Assembly (NCBI GenBank): GCA_001786195.1
Contig: MFVS01000017.1
Coordinates: 1-62,096 of the forward strand
Direction: 5' to 3'
DNA length: 62,096 nt
Origin: Candidatus Nomurabacteria bacterium RIFCSPLOWO2_12_FULL_40_42
GTDB lineage: Bacteria > Patescibacteriota > Minisyncoccia > Phycocordibacterales > UBA9973
The position numbers and the translations under genes are program-made. Below, piece by piece: positions 15,908 to 24,975 of this stretch. The stretch's first letter is position 1. The number at the start of each line of letters is the position of its first letter. The notes beneath the pieces were generated by a model that was given only the letters and a program-made list of their open reading frames with translations, searched no databases and was not told where the DNA came from.

Positions 15908-17048
15908 GAAAATTGTTTTTACAGGCGGAGGAACAGGCGGGCACTTTTACCCGATTATCGCCGTTGCCGAACGGGTCAATCAAATAATCGACCACGAAAA
16001 TATCCTTGGAGGCAAACTCTATTACATTTCCGATAGCCCTTATGACAAGGAAATGCTTTTTGAAAATGCTCTTACCTTTGAAGAAATTAAAACTGGCAAA
16101 ATGCGTACTCATGTAACCCTGAAAAGTTTCTTCTTAAATTTTCTCGACATCTTTAAAATTTTCTTAGGCACTTTAAATGCAATCTACAAAATGTTTTCTA
16201 TTTATCCGGACGTGGTTTTCGGCAAGGGCGGCTATGTGTCACTACCGACAATTATAGCCGCATTTATTTGGCAGATTCCGGTGGTGATCCACGAATCCGA
16301 CTCTGCTCCCGGACGGGTAAACAAGTGGGCTGGGCGTTTTGCCAAAAAAATCGCTGTGTCTTTTATTGAGGCTGCCGATTATTTCCCCAAAAAGCGAGTT
16401 GCTTGGACTGGCCAACCGATTCGAGCGGAAATAGAATATCCAGCTAATCGGCGCGAAGCGCTGGATTATTTTAAATTAGAAGAAAGTCTACCAGTGATTT
16501 TGATCTTGGGCGGATCACAGGGTGCGGAACTTATCAATAATACTGTGTTAGATGCCTTATCTCGGTTTGTTAATAATTATCAGATTATTCACCAAACAGG
16601 AGTCCGGAATTTTAAAACAGTTACGGATATGGCCGAAGTTGTGTTGACGGATAATCAATATAAATCCAGATATACTTCGATGTCTTTTCTCAATTCCATT
16701 TCGCTCAAAATGGCGGCCGGCGCGGCGACTATTATTATATCCCGAGCCGGCTCGATGCTGTTTGAAATAGCGTCATGGGGCGTACCGTCAATTTTGATAC
16801 CGATAACCAATTCCAACTTGGATCATCAAAGAAAAAATGCGTTCAATTATGCACGAGTCGGAGCTTGTACTGTAATCGAGGAGATGAATATGACTGGGAA
16901 TATTTTAAGCGAAGAAGTGGAAAGAATAATTGAAGATAAAAAGGTCTATGCCGCTATGGCGCAGAATGCCAAAGCGTTCAATAAACCCGAGGCGGCCACC
17001 AAAATCGCCCAGGCCTTGGTAGATATCGCTTTGAGCCATGAGGGATAA
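15906..17048 (+). CDS. murG: UDP-GlcNAc:lipid I GlcNAc transferase
   Basis: FTGGGTGGHFYPIIAVA N-terminal motif. 380 aa GT28 architecture. Confidence 0.95.
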   Translation: MKIVFTGGGTGGHFYPIIAVAERVNQIIDHENILGGKLYYISDSPYDKEMLFENALTFEEIKTGKMRTHVTLKSFFLNFLDIFKIFLGTLNAIYKMFSIYPDVVFGKGGYVSLPTIIAAFIWQIPVVIHESDSAPGRVNKWAGRFAKKIAVSFIEAADYFPKKRVAWTGQPIRAEIEYPANRREALDYFKLEESLPVILILGGSQGAELINNTVLDALSRFVNNYQIIHQTGVRNFKTVTDMAEVVLTDNQYKSRYTSMSFLNSISLKMAAGAATIIISRAGSMLFEIASWGVPSILIPITNSNLDHQRKNAFNYARVGACTVIEEMNMTGNILSEEVERIIEDKKVYAAMAQNAKAFNKPEAATKIAQALVDIALSHEG

Positions 17049-17056
17049 ATTTTTTA

Positions 17057-17065
17057 TGCTATTAT
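17057..17065 (+). promoter_or_regulatory. extended -10 box TGcTATTAT, 6 nt before the gltX ATG
   Basis: Read by eye. A 6-nt gap implies a leaderless or near-leaderless mRNA. Confidence 0.4.
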
Positions 17066-17071
17066 ATAAGA

Positions 17072-18505
17072 ATGTCAGATACAAAAATTGTAACCAGATT
17101 TGCGCCTAGCCCGACGGGTTTTATTCATGTGGGAAACATTCGAACGGCTCTTTATGCCTGGCTTTGGGCTCGCAAAAATAACGGAATTTTTATCCTGCGG
17201 ATTGAAGACACGGACAAGGAGAGGGAAGTGGCGGGTTCAATTGACCATATTCAAAAATCTCTCAAGTGGCTGGGTTTAAATTGGGACCAGGGACCGGACG
17301 TAGGCGGGCCTCATGCGCCCTATATTCAGTCAGAAAGATTAGATATTTATAAAAAATATGCAGAGATTTTGATTAAAAAAGGCCATGCTTATCCTGATCC
17401 TTACACCGAAGAAGAAGTTGAAAAATTTAGGCAAGAGGCACAGGCAAATAAAAAACCTTTTTTATACCGAGAGCATCGGCCGGCTGATTTTGGGGTTTGG
17501 GATGGCACCAGACCGCTTCGTTTTAAAGTTCCGGAAATAAAAAGTTTTAAATGGAATGATCTGGTGCAGGGCGATTTGTCTGCCGGAGAAGAAGCGCTAG
17601 ATGATTTTATTTTGATCAAGAGCGACGGATATCCGACTTATAATTTTGCGCATATAGTGGACGATATCGAAATGCAGGTCACGCACGTCGTACGCGGACA
17701 AGAGTTTATTTCTTCGACGCCGAAATTTTTATCTGTGTATCAAGCACTCGAAGTTGCTCCGCCTATTTTCGTGACCACTCCTCCGATATTAGGAGAAGGT
17801 GGAAATAAAAAACTAAGCAAGCGCGACGGCGCCAAAGATATTTTGGATTATGAAAAAGAAGGATACTTGGCCGGCGCCATGATCAACTACCTGGCCTTCT
17901 TGGGTTTTAATCCCGGAGGAGAAAAAGAAGTGTACAGCCGGGCAGAATTAATCCAAGTCTTTGATTTGAGTAAGATTCAGCGTTCTGGAGCCATGTGGAA
18001 TGATGTAAAGCTGGATTGGTTCAATAAAGAGCATATGAAAAGGCTGCCGCAAGAAGAAATAAAAAAAAATATTTTAGAATTGTTGCCCGAGAAAATTAAA
18101 AATCCGAAATTAATTCCGGTTATTTTTGAGCGAATTTCCAAATGGGGCGATGTCAAAGCAATGGTTACGAGAGGGGAGTTAGATTTATTTTCTAAGACGC
18201 TCGAGATAGATAAAAATAAATTCAAAGAAAAAATTTTGTACAAAAAAACCGCTCCGGAAAAAATTTCGGAAAATTTAAAATTAGCGATCACAGTTCTGAA
18301 AAGTTTAAATAAAAATAATTTTACCGCCGAAAATGTAAAAACTGCTTTAATGGAAATTGCAAATAATTTAGAGAGTAGGGGAGAGCTATTGCACCCGGTG
18401 CGCTATGCTCTCTCCGGAGCCGACAAATCCCCCGACCCATTTTTAATAGCTTCTATTTTAGGAAAAAATGAAACTTTATCCCGCCTACAAAAAGCTATTG
18501 AATAG
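17072..18505 (+). CDS. gltX: glutamyl-tRNA synthetase
   Basis: PSPTGFIHVGNIRTALYAW (HIGH-type) and KLSKRDG (KMSKS-type). 477 aa. Confidence 0.95.
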   Translation: MSDTKIVTRFAPSPTGFIHVGNIRTALYAWLWARKNNGIFILRIEDTDKEREVAGSIDHIQKSLKWLGLNWDQGPDVGGPHAPYIQSERLDIYKKYAEILIKKGHAYPDPYTEEEVEKFRQEAQANKKPFLYREHRPADFGVWDGTRPLRFKVPEIKSFKWNDLVQGDLSAGEEALDDFILIKSDGYPTYNFAHIVDDIEMQVTHVVRGQEFISSTPKFLSVYQALEVAPPIFVTTPPILGEGGNKKLSKRDGAKDILDYEKEGYLAGAMINYLAFLGFNPGGEKEVYSRAELIQVFDLSKIQRSGAMWNDVKLDWFNKEHMKRLPQEEIKKNILELLPEKIKNPKLIPVIFERISKWGDVKAMVTRGELDLFSKTLEIDKNKFKEKILYKKTAPEKISENLKLAITVLKSLNKNNFTAENVKTALMEIANNLESRGELLHPVRYALSGADKSPDPFLIASILGKNETLSRLQKAIE

Positions 18506-19808
18506 AGCCAGAGCTTTAGACTCTTACCAGAGTCTAAAGCTCTGGCTAGTGGTGATATTTTTGGGAATTTTATTATTTATTCCCGCGTTTTTTTCTTATG
18601 CGCAAACGGCGCAGGAACTGCAAAATAAAATAAGCCAAAAGGACTCTGATATTACCAAACTGGAAGAAGAAATAAAAATTTATCAAGCGGAGCTCACTAA
18701 TATCGGACAGCAAAAAAATTCTTTAAGCAAATCAATCCAAGAACTGGATCTGACCAGGAAAAAACTAGTAGCGGATATAAGTATAACTCAAAAGAAAATT
18801 GATAAAACAAATTTTAAAATACAAGATTTAAGTTCTGATATAGGCAATAAACAAAATTCTATTGCCAATGGCGTAGATTCTATTTCAGCGGGTATTAGAA
18901 ACACTAATGAATTTGAACAAGGTAGCCTGCTTGAAACTTTGCTCTCCGAAAATGATTTTTCGGTTATTTGGAATGATATAGACAACATTGCCACTGTTCG
19001 GGAAAAAATCATTGAAGATGTAAATAAATTAAAACTAATCAAAGGCGAGCTAGAGGATACTCGAGCAGAAACTATAGATGCAAAAAATGAACTTGTTCTA
19101 CTTAAATCTAAACTTTCGGACCAACAGAAAATAGTTATCCAAAATACCAATGAAAAAAATAAACTTCTAAAAGAAACCAAAAACAACGAAGCTAATTATC
19201 AAAAATTATTAAAGGAACAAATAGCTAAGAAGTTAGCCTTTGAAAAAGAATTGCGAGATTATGAAGCCCAGTTGCAATTCATCCTTGATCCTTCAAAACT
19301 TCCTTCGGCCGGAGTGCTTTCCTGGCCGCTCGATAAAGTTTTTGTGACTCAAGAATTTGGAGCCAAAACCGGACCTCACCGCACTTATACGAGCGGACAT
19401 TCTGGCACGGATTTTCGAGCTCGCACCCCATTGCCGATTTATTCTATGGCCGAAGGAATAGTGAAAGGAGTTGGCGATACGGATACGAGCTGCTCCGGAG
19501 TCTCTTTCGGTAAATGGATTTTTATTGAATACAATAATGGCCTCTCAAGCACCTTTGGGCATCTTTCTCTGATCCGCGTCAGAGAAGGACAAAAAGTGTC
19601 AAGAGGGGAAGTGGTCGGCTATACCGGAGGTACTGGCCGAGTCACCGGGCCACATTTGCATGTTTCCTTATACGCTTCTGGCGCAGTGCAGATATCCACA
19701 GTGCCGAGTATATCTTGTCCCGGAAAGATCCTAAAGCAGCCGATTGCCGCCATCAATGCCTATCTCGACCCGATGTATTATTTGCCTCCATACATACCAT
19801 CTCCTTAA
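18468..19808 (+). CDS. M23 (LytM) peptidase with N-terminal coiled coil (EnvC-like)
   Basis: HSGTDFRA and GYTGGTGRVTGPHLHVSLY. The start is uncertain. ATG 18468 overlaps gltX and reads through the hairpin. In-frame GTG 18549/18552 right after the hairpin would give a signal-peptide-like N-terminus. Confidence 0.85.
   Translation: MKLYPAYKKLLNRARALDSYQSLKLWLVVIFLGILLFIPAFFSYAQTAQELQNKISQKDSDITKLEEEIKIYQAELTNIGQQKNSLSKSIQELDLTRKKLVADISITQKKIDKTNFKIQDLSSDIGNKQNSIANGVDSISAGIRNTNEFEQGSLLETLLSENDFSVIWNDIDNIATVREKIIEDVNKLKLIKGELEDTRAETIDAKNELVLLKSKLSDQQKIVIQNTNEKNKLLKETKNNEANYQKLLKEQIAKKLAFEKELRDYEAQLQFILDPSKLPSAGVLSWPLDKVFVTQEFGAKTGPHRTYTSGHSGTDFRARTPLPIYSMAEGIVKGVGDTDTSCSGVSFGKWIFIEYNNGLSSTFGHLSLIRVREGQKVSRGEVVGYTGGTGRVTGPHLHVSLYASGAVQISTVPSISCPGKILKQPIAAINAYLDPMYYLPPYIPSP
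18506..18547 (+). other. 19-bp perfect hairpin immediately after the gltX stop
   Basis: AGCCAGAGCTTTAGACTCT - TACC - AGAGTCTAAAGCTCTGGCT. No adjacent T-run. Confidence 0.7.
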
Positions 19809-19872
19809 AAATATGATAAAATCCGGTAGTAGAACTTTGCAAAAAGTCTCACTACCGGATAAAATAAAAACT

Positions 19873-20073
19873 ATGCTAAATAAAATAAAAAATAAACAAA
19901 GCGGATTTTTAAAAATTATAATTATAATTGTCGTTGCGCTTCTTTTGATGCGATATTTTGGTATCACTTTCTCCGGCATTTTAGATTACTTCCACTTAAC
20001 CTGGATTGATGTCATCGGCTGGCTCAAAAAGGCCTTGGATTGGTTCAAGGATCTATTTAATAGTGTGAAGTAG
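19873..20073 (+). CDS. small membrane protein (66 aa)
   Basis: ATG 19873 lies downstream of a 10-bp hairpin (19821-19860). One hydrophobic helix (FLKIIIIIVVALLLM). No family recognised. Confidence 0.35.
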   Translation: MLNKIKNKQSGFLKIIIIIVVALLLMRYFGITFSGILDYFHLTWIDVIGWLKKALDWFKDLFNSVK

Positions 20074-20079
20074 TATAAA

Positions 20080-20149
20080 GCAGATTGTGCGACATTTTAA
20101 TGATCGTACAATCTGCGCTATGTTTGCGATATAGGATGTCGCAAACATA
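20080..20149. terminator. two tandem hairpins at a convergent gene junction
   Basis: GCAGATTGT (20080-88) / ACAATCTGC (20108-16) and TATGTTTGCGA (20119-29) / TCGCAAACATA (20139-49). Confidence 0.4.
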
Positions 20150-20171
20150 TATTGTGGGACACGCCTATATT

Positions 20172-20573
20172 TTATCTGCACGAGCTTGAAAGCGTATACC
20201 CTGCCCGCTCGGCCTCTTCTTTGGTGGTGAAGTAGACTCTATTTTCTTGTTTGATAGTTTTGCCGCCCGAACATCCTATTGAATAATATTTTGTCCCGCG
20301 ATTAGAAGCGAAAAAAGTTTTTATGGTGTTTGCAGTAGAAGTTGTTTTGGGAATATTATTTACAACCGAGACTGCATTTGCCGTTTGGGTCTCCGTCTGG
20401 CCAGGGTCTTTATTAGGATATTCGATCTTTATACCGGAAGAGCTATTTTGCTTTGATAGTCTTCCCAATTCAAATGATCCCAAACCGACCAAAATAACGA
20501 CCAAAACTATCAAAATATCTTTCCCCTTTTCGCTCCCAATCCAGTTAGTTATTTTTGGCTTGATTTTTTCCAT
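20172..20573 (-). CDS. membrane-anchored protein with a small C-terminal Cys-pair domain
   Basis: N-terminal TM, low-complexity linker, then YYSIGCSGG..VYFTTKEEAERAGYTLSSSC. I cannot name the family with confidence. Confidence 0.55.
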   Translation of the reverse strand: MEKIKPKITNWIGSEKGKDILIVLVVILVGLGSFELGRLSKQNSSSGIKIEYPNKDPGQTETQTANAVSVVNNIPKTTSTANTIKTFFASNRGTKYYSIGCSGGKTIKQENRVYFTTKEEAERAGYTLSSSCR

Positions 20574-20640
20574 GATTTCAGCTATACTCTCAATGTTGTT
20601 TTTATTATAACCTATAAACTAAAACCTACAACCTAATTTC

Positions 20641-20913
20641 ATGGCCCATAGAAAAGCCGGCGGTACCGCCAAAAATTTAAGAGATTCAAACCCAAAATAC
20701 CTAGGTATTAAGCTGACTCATGGCCAAATGGCCCAATCTGGCTCTATTATCGTCCGCCAGAGAGGCACAGACGTCATGCCAGGCGTAAACGTCGGTCTAG
20801 GCAAGGATCACACCCTTTTCGCTCTTAAAGGTGGTATAGTCAAATTTGGCTCTCGTCGCAAAACCTCCTTCAACGGTAAGACAGTAGTCAAAAAATTAGT
20901 GAGCGTAATTTAG
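20641..20913 (+). CDS. rpmA: 50S ribosomal protein L27
   Basis: [32 protein letters not shown], canonical bL27. No rplU upstream. Confidence 0.95.
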   Translation: MAHRKAGGTAKNLRDSNPKYLGIKLTHGQMAQSGSIIVRQRGTDVMPGVNVGLGKDHTLFALKGGIVKFGSRRKTSFNGKTVVKKLVSVI

Positions 20914-20936
20914 AAGCATTCTCTGTAATTTTTTTT

Positions 20937-20974
20937 ATTACCATAATAGACACGGCCGTTGCTATTATGGTAAT
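20937..20974. repeat. palindrome family E copy
   Basis: ATTACCATAATAGACACGG|CCGTTGCTATTATGGTAAT, between convergent genes ending at 20913 (+) and 21003 (-). Confidence 0.75.
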
Positions 20975-21002
20975 AGACATCTACTTTAGTTGAGTAAAGT
21001 AA

Positions 21003-21278
21003 TTAGCTGTGCATTGCAACATTCTTTGGCGTACTGGTTTTTTCAGTGTCGGCTATGGAATTATAAAATTCCTGCTCCGCTTCTTCTAGATTATAATCGT
21101 TTTCTACTGGAATAACCTCGGGGGCATATTTTATTTTTTTAATTTCCTCTGTTATTTTCGACACATCCTCTTTGGTCGCCCAAGTCGTCTTACCTCTCTT
21201 CTCAAAAAATCTGCTCAAAAATAAATTCAACAGTAATCCGACAATCGTGCCAATAAGAAATGTGTTTAAGAAATCCAT
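21003..21278 (-). CDS. small membrane-anchored protein (91 aa)
   Basis: N-terminal TM (FLIGTIVGLLLNLFL). The ATG abuts repeat D2. Confidence 0.5.
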   Translation of the reverse strand: MDFLNTFLIGTIVGLLLNLFLSRFFEKRGKTTWATKEDVSKITEEIKKIKYAPEVIPVENDYNLEEAEQEFYNSIADTEKTSTPKNVAMHS

Positions 21279-21357
21279 CCCGTACGAAATAATATTAAAC
21301 TAATAAATTTGACCATACTCATATATTAAACTATTTTAGCAAAATTTCGTACGGGAT
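21277..21357. repeat. inverted-repeat element, family D, copy D2
   Basis: ATCCCGTACGAAAT (21277-90) / ATTTCGTACGGGAT (21344-57). The interior aligns with D1 (..TAATAAATT..). The left end supplies the AT of ATG 21278. Confidence 0.75.
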
Positions 21358-21361
21358 CCAT

Positions 21362-21805
21362 TTAAATTTTTTCTATAATGAGTTTAAACGAGGACTTTTT
21401 GCCCTTAATGGAAATAGGGATTTCAAACCCCCCTACTTGCTTGATTGGTTTCTCGAGGATAATAAATTCCTCGCCAATATCGGCATGATTTTGCGCCTTC
21501 ATGGCCTCGATAATTTCTTTTTTGTGGACTTGGGCGAAGAGATGCCCTTTTTCGTCAGCTTTTTCCTTGATGGTGATGACTTTGCCTTTGATGGCCTCCA
21601 AATTTTTAAGTAGCAAGCTCTCTTGCACCTCCCTTTCGATGGCAATTTCTTTTTGGCGCAGTTCGAGTTCGGTTATCGCTTTCGGCGTGGCTACTACTGC
21701 TAGTTTTCTCGGCAGCAAAAAATTTACCGCATAGCCGTCATTAACCTCCTTGGTGTCATTTTTTCTGCCCACTCTTGGCACATCTCGTAAAAAAATTACT
21801 TTCAT
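21362..21805 (-). CDS. rplI: 50S ribosomal protein L9
   Basis: MKVIFLRDVPRVGRKNDTKEVNDGYAVNFLLPRKLA, canonical bL9 N-domain. 147 aa. Confidence 0.9.
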   Translation of the reverse strand: MKVIFLRDVPRVGRKNDTKEVNDGYAVNFLLPRKLAVVATPKAITELELRQKEIAIEREVQESLLLKNLEAIKGKVITIKEKADEKGHLFAQVHKKEIIEAMKAQNHADIGEEFIILEKPIKQVGGFEIPISIKGKKSSFKLIIEKI

Positions 21806-21814
21806 GAAGGGGGT

Positions 21815-23032
21815 CTAATTAGCTAATAACAATTCAACTGCCTTTTCTAACTGTGGATCTTTTTTTTCAACCGCGTCTCCTTGGGCAAAATCCACAATAT
21901 AATCCGGCATCAATCCTTTTTCCGATATCGAAGTTCCATTCGGTGTAAGCCATTTAGCCACGGTGATCTTTAAAAGAGTATCCGAAGTTACCTTGATAGC
22001 TTCCTGCACCGAACCTTTACCAAAGCTTTGGTTGCCTACAAGTTTCGCCCGCCCATGGTCCTGCATGGCGCCGGCTACAATTTCCGAAGCTGAAGCGGAT
22101 CCGCCATCAATTAGGATCACAAACTTCAACTTGTCATTGAATATGTTATAACCTCGGCTTCTAAATATCTCGGGCTTAGTATCATCGCCATAGTCTTCGG
22201 TTACAACCGTTTTGCCTTTTGGCAAGAACCAACTCGATATATCTACTGCCGCGTCCAAATATCCCCCGGGGTTGCCGCGCAAGTCGAGCAGCAATTTATC
22301 TGTTCTCGATTCTACAAAACTTTTTATGGCATTGCGGAAAAGGTTTGCAGAGTTAGCCGAAAAACTGTAAAGTTTAATGACAAAAATTTCATCTTTTCGC
22401 AGTTCAGTATCAAGAGTCGGGATATTGATGACATCTCGCGCTATTTTTATTTCTTTCGGTTCTTTCTCCCCTTCCCGAAAAATAGTGAGGATGACGGTAG
22501 TCCCTTTTTCTCCGCGGATTAGCTTGATAGCTTTTTCAATACCTAAATTTGAAGTAACCGTGTCGTCGATCTGTAAAATTTTATCGCCTGGCTTGATGTT
22601 GGCCCGGTAAGCCGGGGTGTCTTTGAGTGGAGCGATAACGGTGAGAATTTTATCTTTTATACCAACTTCCATGCCGATACCGGTGAAATTCCCCGCGATT
22701 TCCTCTTCAAAAGCCTTTGCGTCATCTGGGCTGAAAAATACGCTGTAAGGGTCTCCTAGTGATCCTACTAGTCCAGTGATTGCTCCATAAACTCTGTTTT
22801 GATTAGTTATTTTGTCTGCTGACGGATATTTTTCATTTATTGTGTTCCAGACCTTCCAAAAGGAAGAAAAATCTGCCTCTGCGGCAACCATGTTTTCTTT
22901 ATTAGAAATACCCACAACTTTGTCTATTTCGGGACGATTGTGATAGTCAACGTAAATACCCAAAAGGAAGGCGCCCAAAACCGCCAAAGTAATTATTGTG
23001 TTTTTTGCACCCCGGTTGTAGAATTTTTGCAT
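21815..23032 (-). CDS. S41 C-terminal processing (tail-specific) protease
   Basis: PDZ region, LLLDLRGNPGGYL and GGSASASEIVAGAMQD. Start set to ATG 23032 (the track start 23035 is TTG). Confidence 0.9.
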   Translation of the reverse strand: MQKFYNRGAKNTIITLAVLGAFLLGIYVDYHNRPEIDKVVGISNKENMVAAEADFSSFWKVWNTINEKYPSADKITNQNRVYGAITGLVGSLGDPYSVFFSPDDAKAFEEEIAGNFTGIGMEVGIKDKILTVIAPLKDTPAYRANIKPGDKILQIDDTVTSNLGIEKAIKLIRGEKGTTVILTIFREGEKEPKEIKIARDVINIPTLDTELRKDEIFVIKLYSFSANSANLFRNAIKSFVESRTDKLLLDLRGNPGGYLDAAVDISSWFLPKGKTVVTEDYGDDTKPEIFRSRGYNIFNDKLKFVILIDGGSASASEIVAGAMQDHGRAKLVGNQSFGKGSVQEAIKVTSDTLLKITVAKWLTPNGTSISEKGLMPDYIVDFAQGDAVEKKDPQLEKAVELLLAN

Positions 23033-23074
23033 CAAATTAGATTTTATATTTCTTTCTTTATTTATTTTTCACTA

Positions 23075-23296
23075 TCAATCAACTTTATTCTCGAACTTAC
23101 TTTCCAAAAAATTATCAAAAGTTTTATTTTCTGGAGTTTTTTTTATTTGGGATTCTTTATAAATCACAAAACTCGCATAAATAATCCCCAATCCGGAAAG
23201 AGTCGTTAAAATATTTTTCCAAAAATAAGGAAAACCAAGATGGGGTAAAATTGCTACCCAAACGCCTAAAATCAAAAGTATATATACTTTACGCAT
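23075..23296 (-). CDS. small two-helix membrane protein (73 aa)
   Basis: Start set to ATG 23296, preceded by TATAAT (23308-23303 on the minus strand) with a 6-nt gap. The track start 23320 is TTG. Confidence 0.45.
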   Translation of the reverse strand: MRKVYILLILGVWVAILPHLGFPYFWKNILTTLSGLGIIYASFVIYKESQIKKTPENKTFDNFLESKFENKVD

Positions 23297-23302
23297 GAGT
23301 AT

Positions 23303-23308
23303 ATTATA
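23303..23308 (-). promoter_or_regulatory. -10 box TATAAT, 6 nt before ATG 23296
   Basis: Reverse complement of ATTATA 23303-23308. Confidence 0.35.
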
Positions 23309-23356
23309 GGGCAGAAACAAATAAAATGCAATCCATGAGGCTACTTTAGGTAGTGA

Positions 23357-24055
23357 CTAAATACAACTAGTTTGAGAAAAATTCGAGTGCCCCCTTCCTG
23401 GCTGACAATTCCATGTACTTGGGAATATATAAGAAACAACGCATGATGCTCCACTACAATCAACTAAAGCGGATTTAAGGGTACTGGCACTGGAATCATC
23501 AAATATATTATCAATAGACCAAATATAATATTGACTACCAGTAACTTTTGTATAGCCTGTAGTATGAGAGGCGCAATGACCGGCTTCGCACCACTGAGGA
23601 AAAGTAACATTAATTGTTGTTTGCAAGGAAGATGGGAAATTTGTTTGAGTATTATTCATAGAATTACCCTGCAAAGAATTCAGAACCGTTCTGGTTCTTA
23701 GTCCAACCACACCGTCGGCAGTGAGACTATGAGCAGCTTGAAATCTTTTGATTGCATCTTGGGTTGTCTGATAAAGCATACCATTTGGCGTACCCTGTAA
23801 ATAACCTTTCGCAATCAAAAATCTCTGCAATTCTGTCACTTCAGCATTGTTGGTCATGCCATAGCGTAGAGTTTGAGTAAAGGTGGAAGTTGGTGTGGGG
23901 CAAGGCAAACCTGTGCTCATACTATAAGCTGAAGTCGGGGTACAACCAGGAGCAATATTAAAGTCATAATCATAATCCGAAGGAGTTGCACTAGCAGAGT
24001 TAATACCTAACGAAATAAAGGCTAAAACAAACAAAATCAATGTATATTTTTTCAT
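23357..24055 (-). CDS. secreted protein with peptidoglycan-binding (PG_binding_1-like) domain and Cys-rich C-domain
   Basis: Signal peptide MKKYTLILFVLAFISLGINSASA. VTELQRFLIAKGYL..DAIKRFQAAHSLTADGVVG is the PGB repeat. Confidence 0.75.
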   Translation of the reverse strand: MKKYTLILFVLAFISLGINSASATPSDYDYDFNIAPGCTPTSAYSMSTGLPCPTPTSTFTQTLRYGMTNNAEVTELQRFLIAKGYLQGTPNGMLYQTTQDAIKRFQAAHSLTADGVVGLRTRTVLNSLQGNSMNNTQTNFPSSLQTTINVTFPQWCEAGHCASHTTGYTKVTGSQYYIWSIDNIFDDSSASTLKSALVDCSGASCVVSYIFPSTWNCQPGRGHSNFSQTSCI

Positions 24056-24064
24056 AATTTTATT

Positions 24065-24196
24065 TTATATTAGCTTATTAATAACAGAATTATAACCTAT
24101 CCATAACGGAATGCAAGAAAAAGCATATTTTATCTCTGATAAATCAGAAAATGGAAAAGGCACTACTATGATATCCCCTTTTATAAATTCTGCCAT
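24065..24196 (-). pseudogene. MazF/PemK-like toxin remnant
   Basis: MAEFIKGDIIVVPFPFSDLSEIK matches the PemK N-terminus. Homology is then lost and the frame stops after 43 aa. Confidence 0.5.
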
Positions 24197-24285
24197 GCTA
24201 TTTCCTCCTCCTCTCTCAGCCAGTCTTTGGATAAACTTGATTCACTGAGAATAGCGCAATTTGATTTTAATATCATATTGTTCAT
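24181..24285 (-). pseudogene. antitoxin remnant (C-terminal ..SLSKDWLREEEEIAWQNL tail)
   Basis: 34-aa frame whose tail matches the common antitoxin ending. Overlaps the MazF-like ATG by 16 nt (24181-24196), a typical TA coupling. Confidence 0.4.
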
Positions 24286-24373
24286 AGTTATATTGTATTT
24301 CAAAGAGAAACAAAATGCAAATGTGTGTGCCATGTGTCCTGTTTATAAATTCTTTCAGGTTCTTTTTTGGCAA

Positions 24374-24649
24374 TTATATTCTCCCACTCATAATTTCATA
24401 TACTACCCTGCGATGAGCAATAGCAAAAATTTTAACTTTTTGATTTTCGATGCGAAAAACTATTCTATAATCGCCAACTCTTAATTTTAAATAACCCTTG
24501 AGTGACCTTCGTAAAGGTTTTCCATATAGGTCTGGTTTGGTTAATAATCTTGTTTCAATAGCTAGCTTAATGCGATCTCTGTAAGAACCTGATATTTTCG
24601 AAATGTCATCTTTAACAACTTTATCTATATATAATATTTCATAGCTCAT
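24374..24649 (-). CDS. RelE/ParE family type II toxin
   Basis: 91 aa. GKPLRRSLKGYLKLRVGDYRIVFRIENQKVKIFAIAHRR is the RelE/ParE core. Confidence 0.85.
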   Translation of the reverse strand: MSYEILYIDKVVKDDISKISGSYRDRIKLAIETRLLTKPDLYGKPLRRSLKGYLKLRVGDYRIVFRIENQKVKIFAIAHRRVVYEIMSGRI

Positions 24650-24657
24650 GAGATGAT

Positions 24658-24879
24658 CTATGCCCAGGCCTGTTTATGACTCAAAAATCGTGCATTTTTT
24701 GTATCACGCCCACTGGCGATTTTATCCAGAACCATGTCTTCTTCTATCTCGAGAGCAATACCTAAAAGATACACAGCTTTGGTCGCTTGTGGCATATTGT
24801 CGCGTTTAGCGATGCGAGAAAGCATTATATTTAAACTTGGTGATAATGAAATATTTACCCTTTTTTTAATTGTTGCCAT
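24658..24879 (-). CDS. ribbon-helix-helix antitoxin
   Basis: 73 aa. KKRVNISLSPSLNIMLSRIAKRDN is an RHH N-terminus. Lies immediately upstream of the toxin. Confidence 0.75.
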   Translation of the reverse strand: MATIKKRVNISLSPSLNIMLSRIAKRDNMPQATKAVYLLGIALEIEEDMVLDKIASGRDTKNARFLSHKQAWA

Positions 24880-24887
24880 ATAAAGTA

Positions 24888-24915
24888 GTGTATCAAAAGT
24901 GTATCACTTGTGTCA
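24888..24915 (-). promoter_or_regulatory. operator-like direct repeats upstream of the RHH antitoxin
   Basis: GTGTATC at 24888 and 24899 and GTGTCA at 24910 (11-nt phasing). TTGACA on the minus strand (24916-24911) overlaps the third repeat. Confidence 0.5.
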
Positions 24916-24931
24916 AGGGGATAATCCAGTA

Positions 24932-24959
24932 TTGCTTGCGCTAATTTTTATTATATAAT
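24932..24959 (+). promoter_or_regulatory. sigma70-type promoter of the pilus operon
   Basis: TTGCTT (24932-37), 16-nt spacer, TATAAT (24954-59), 16 nt before ATG 24976. Confidence 0.5.
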
Positions 24960-24975
24960 TTCATTATTCAATCCC

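Noticed and set aside
24227-24484. 85-aa plus-strand ORF between the PG-binding gene and relE.
   Set aside because: It overlaps the relE 3' end and the MazE-like remnant on the other strand. It is low-complexity with no motifs.
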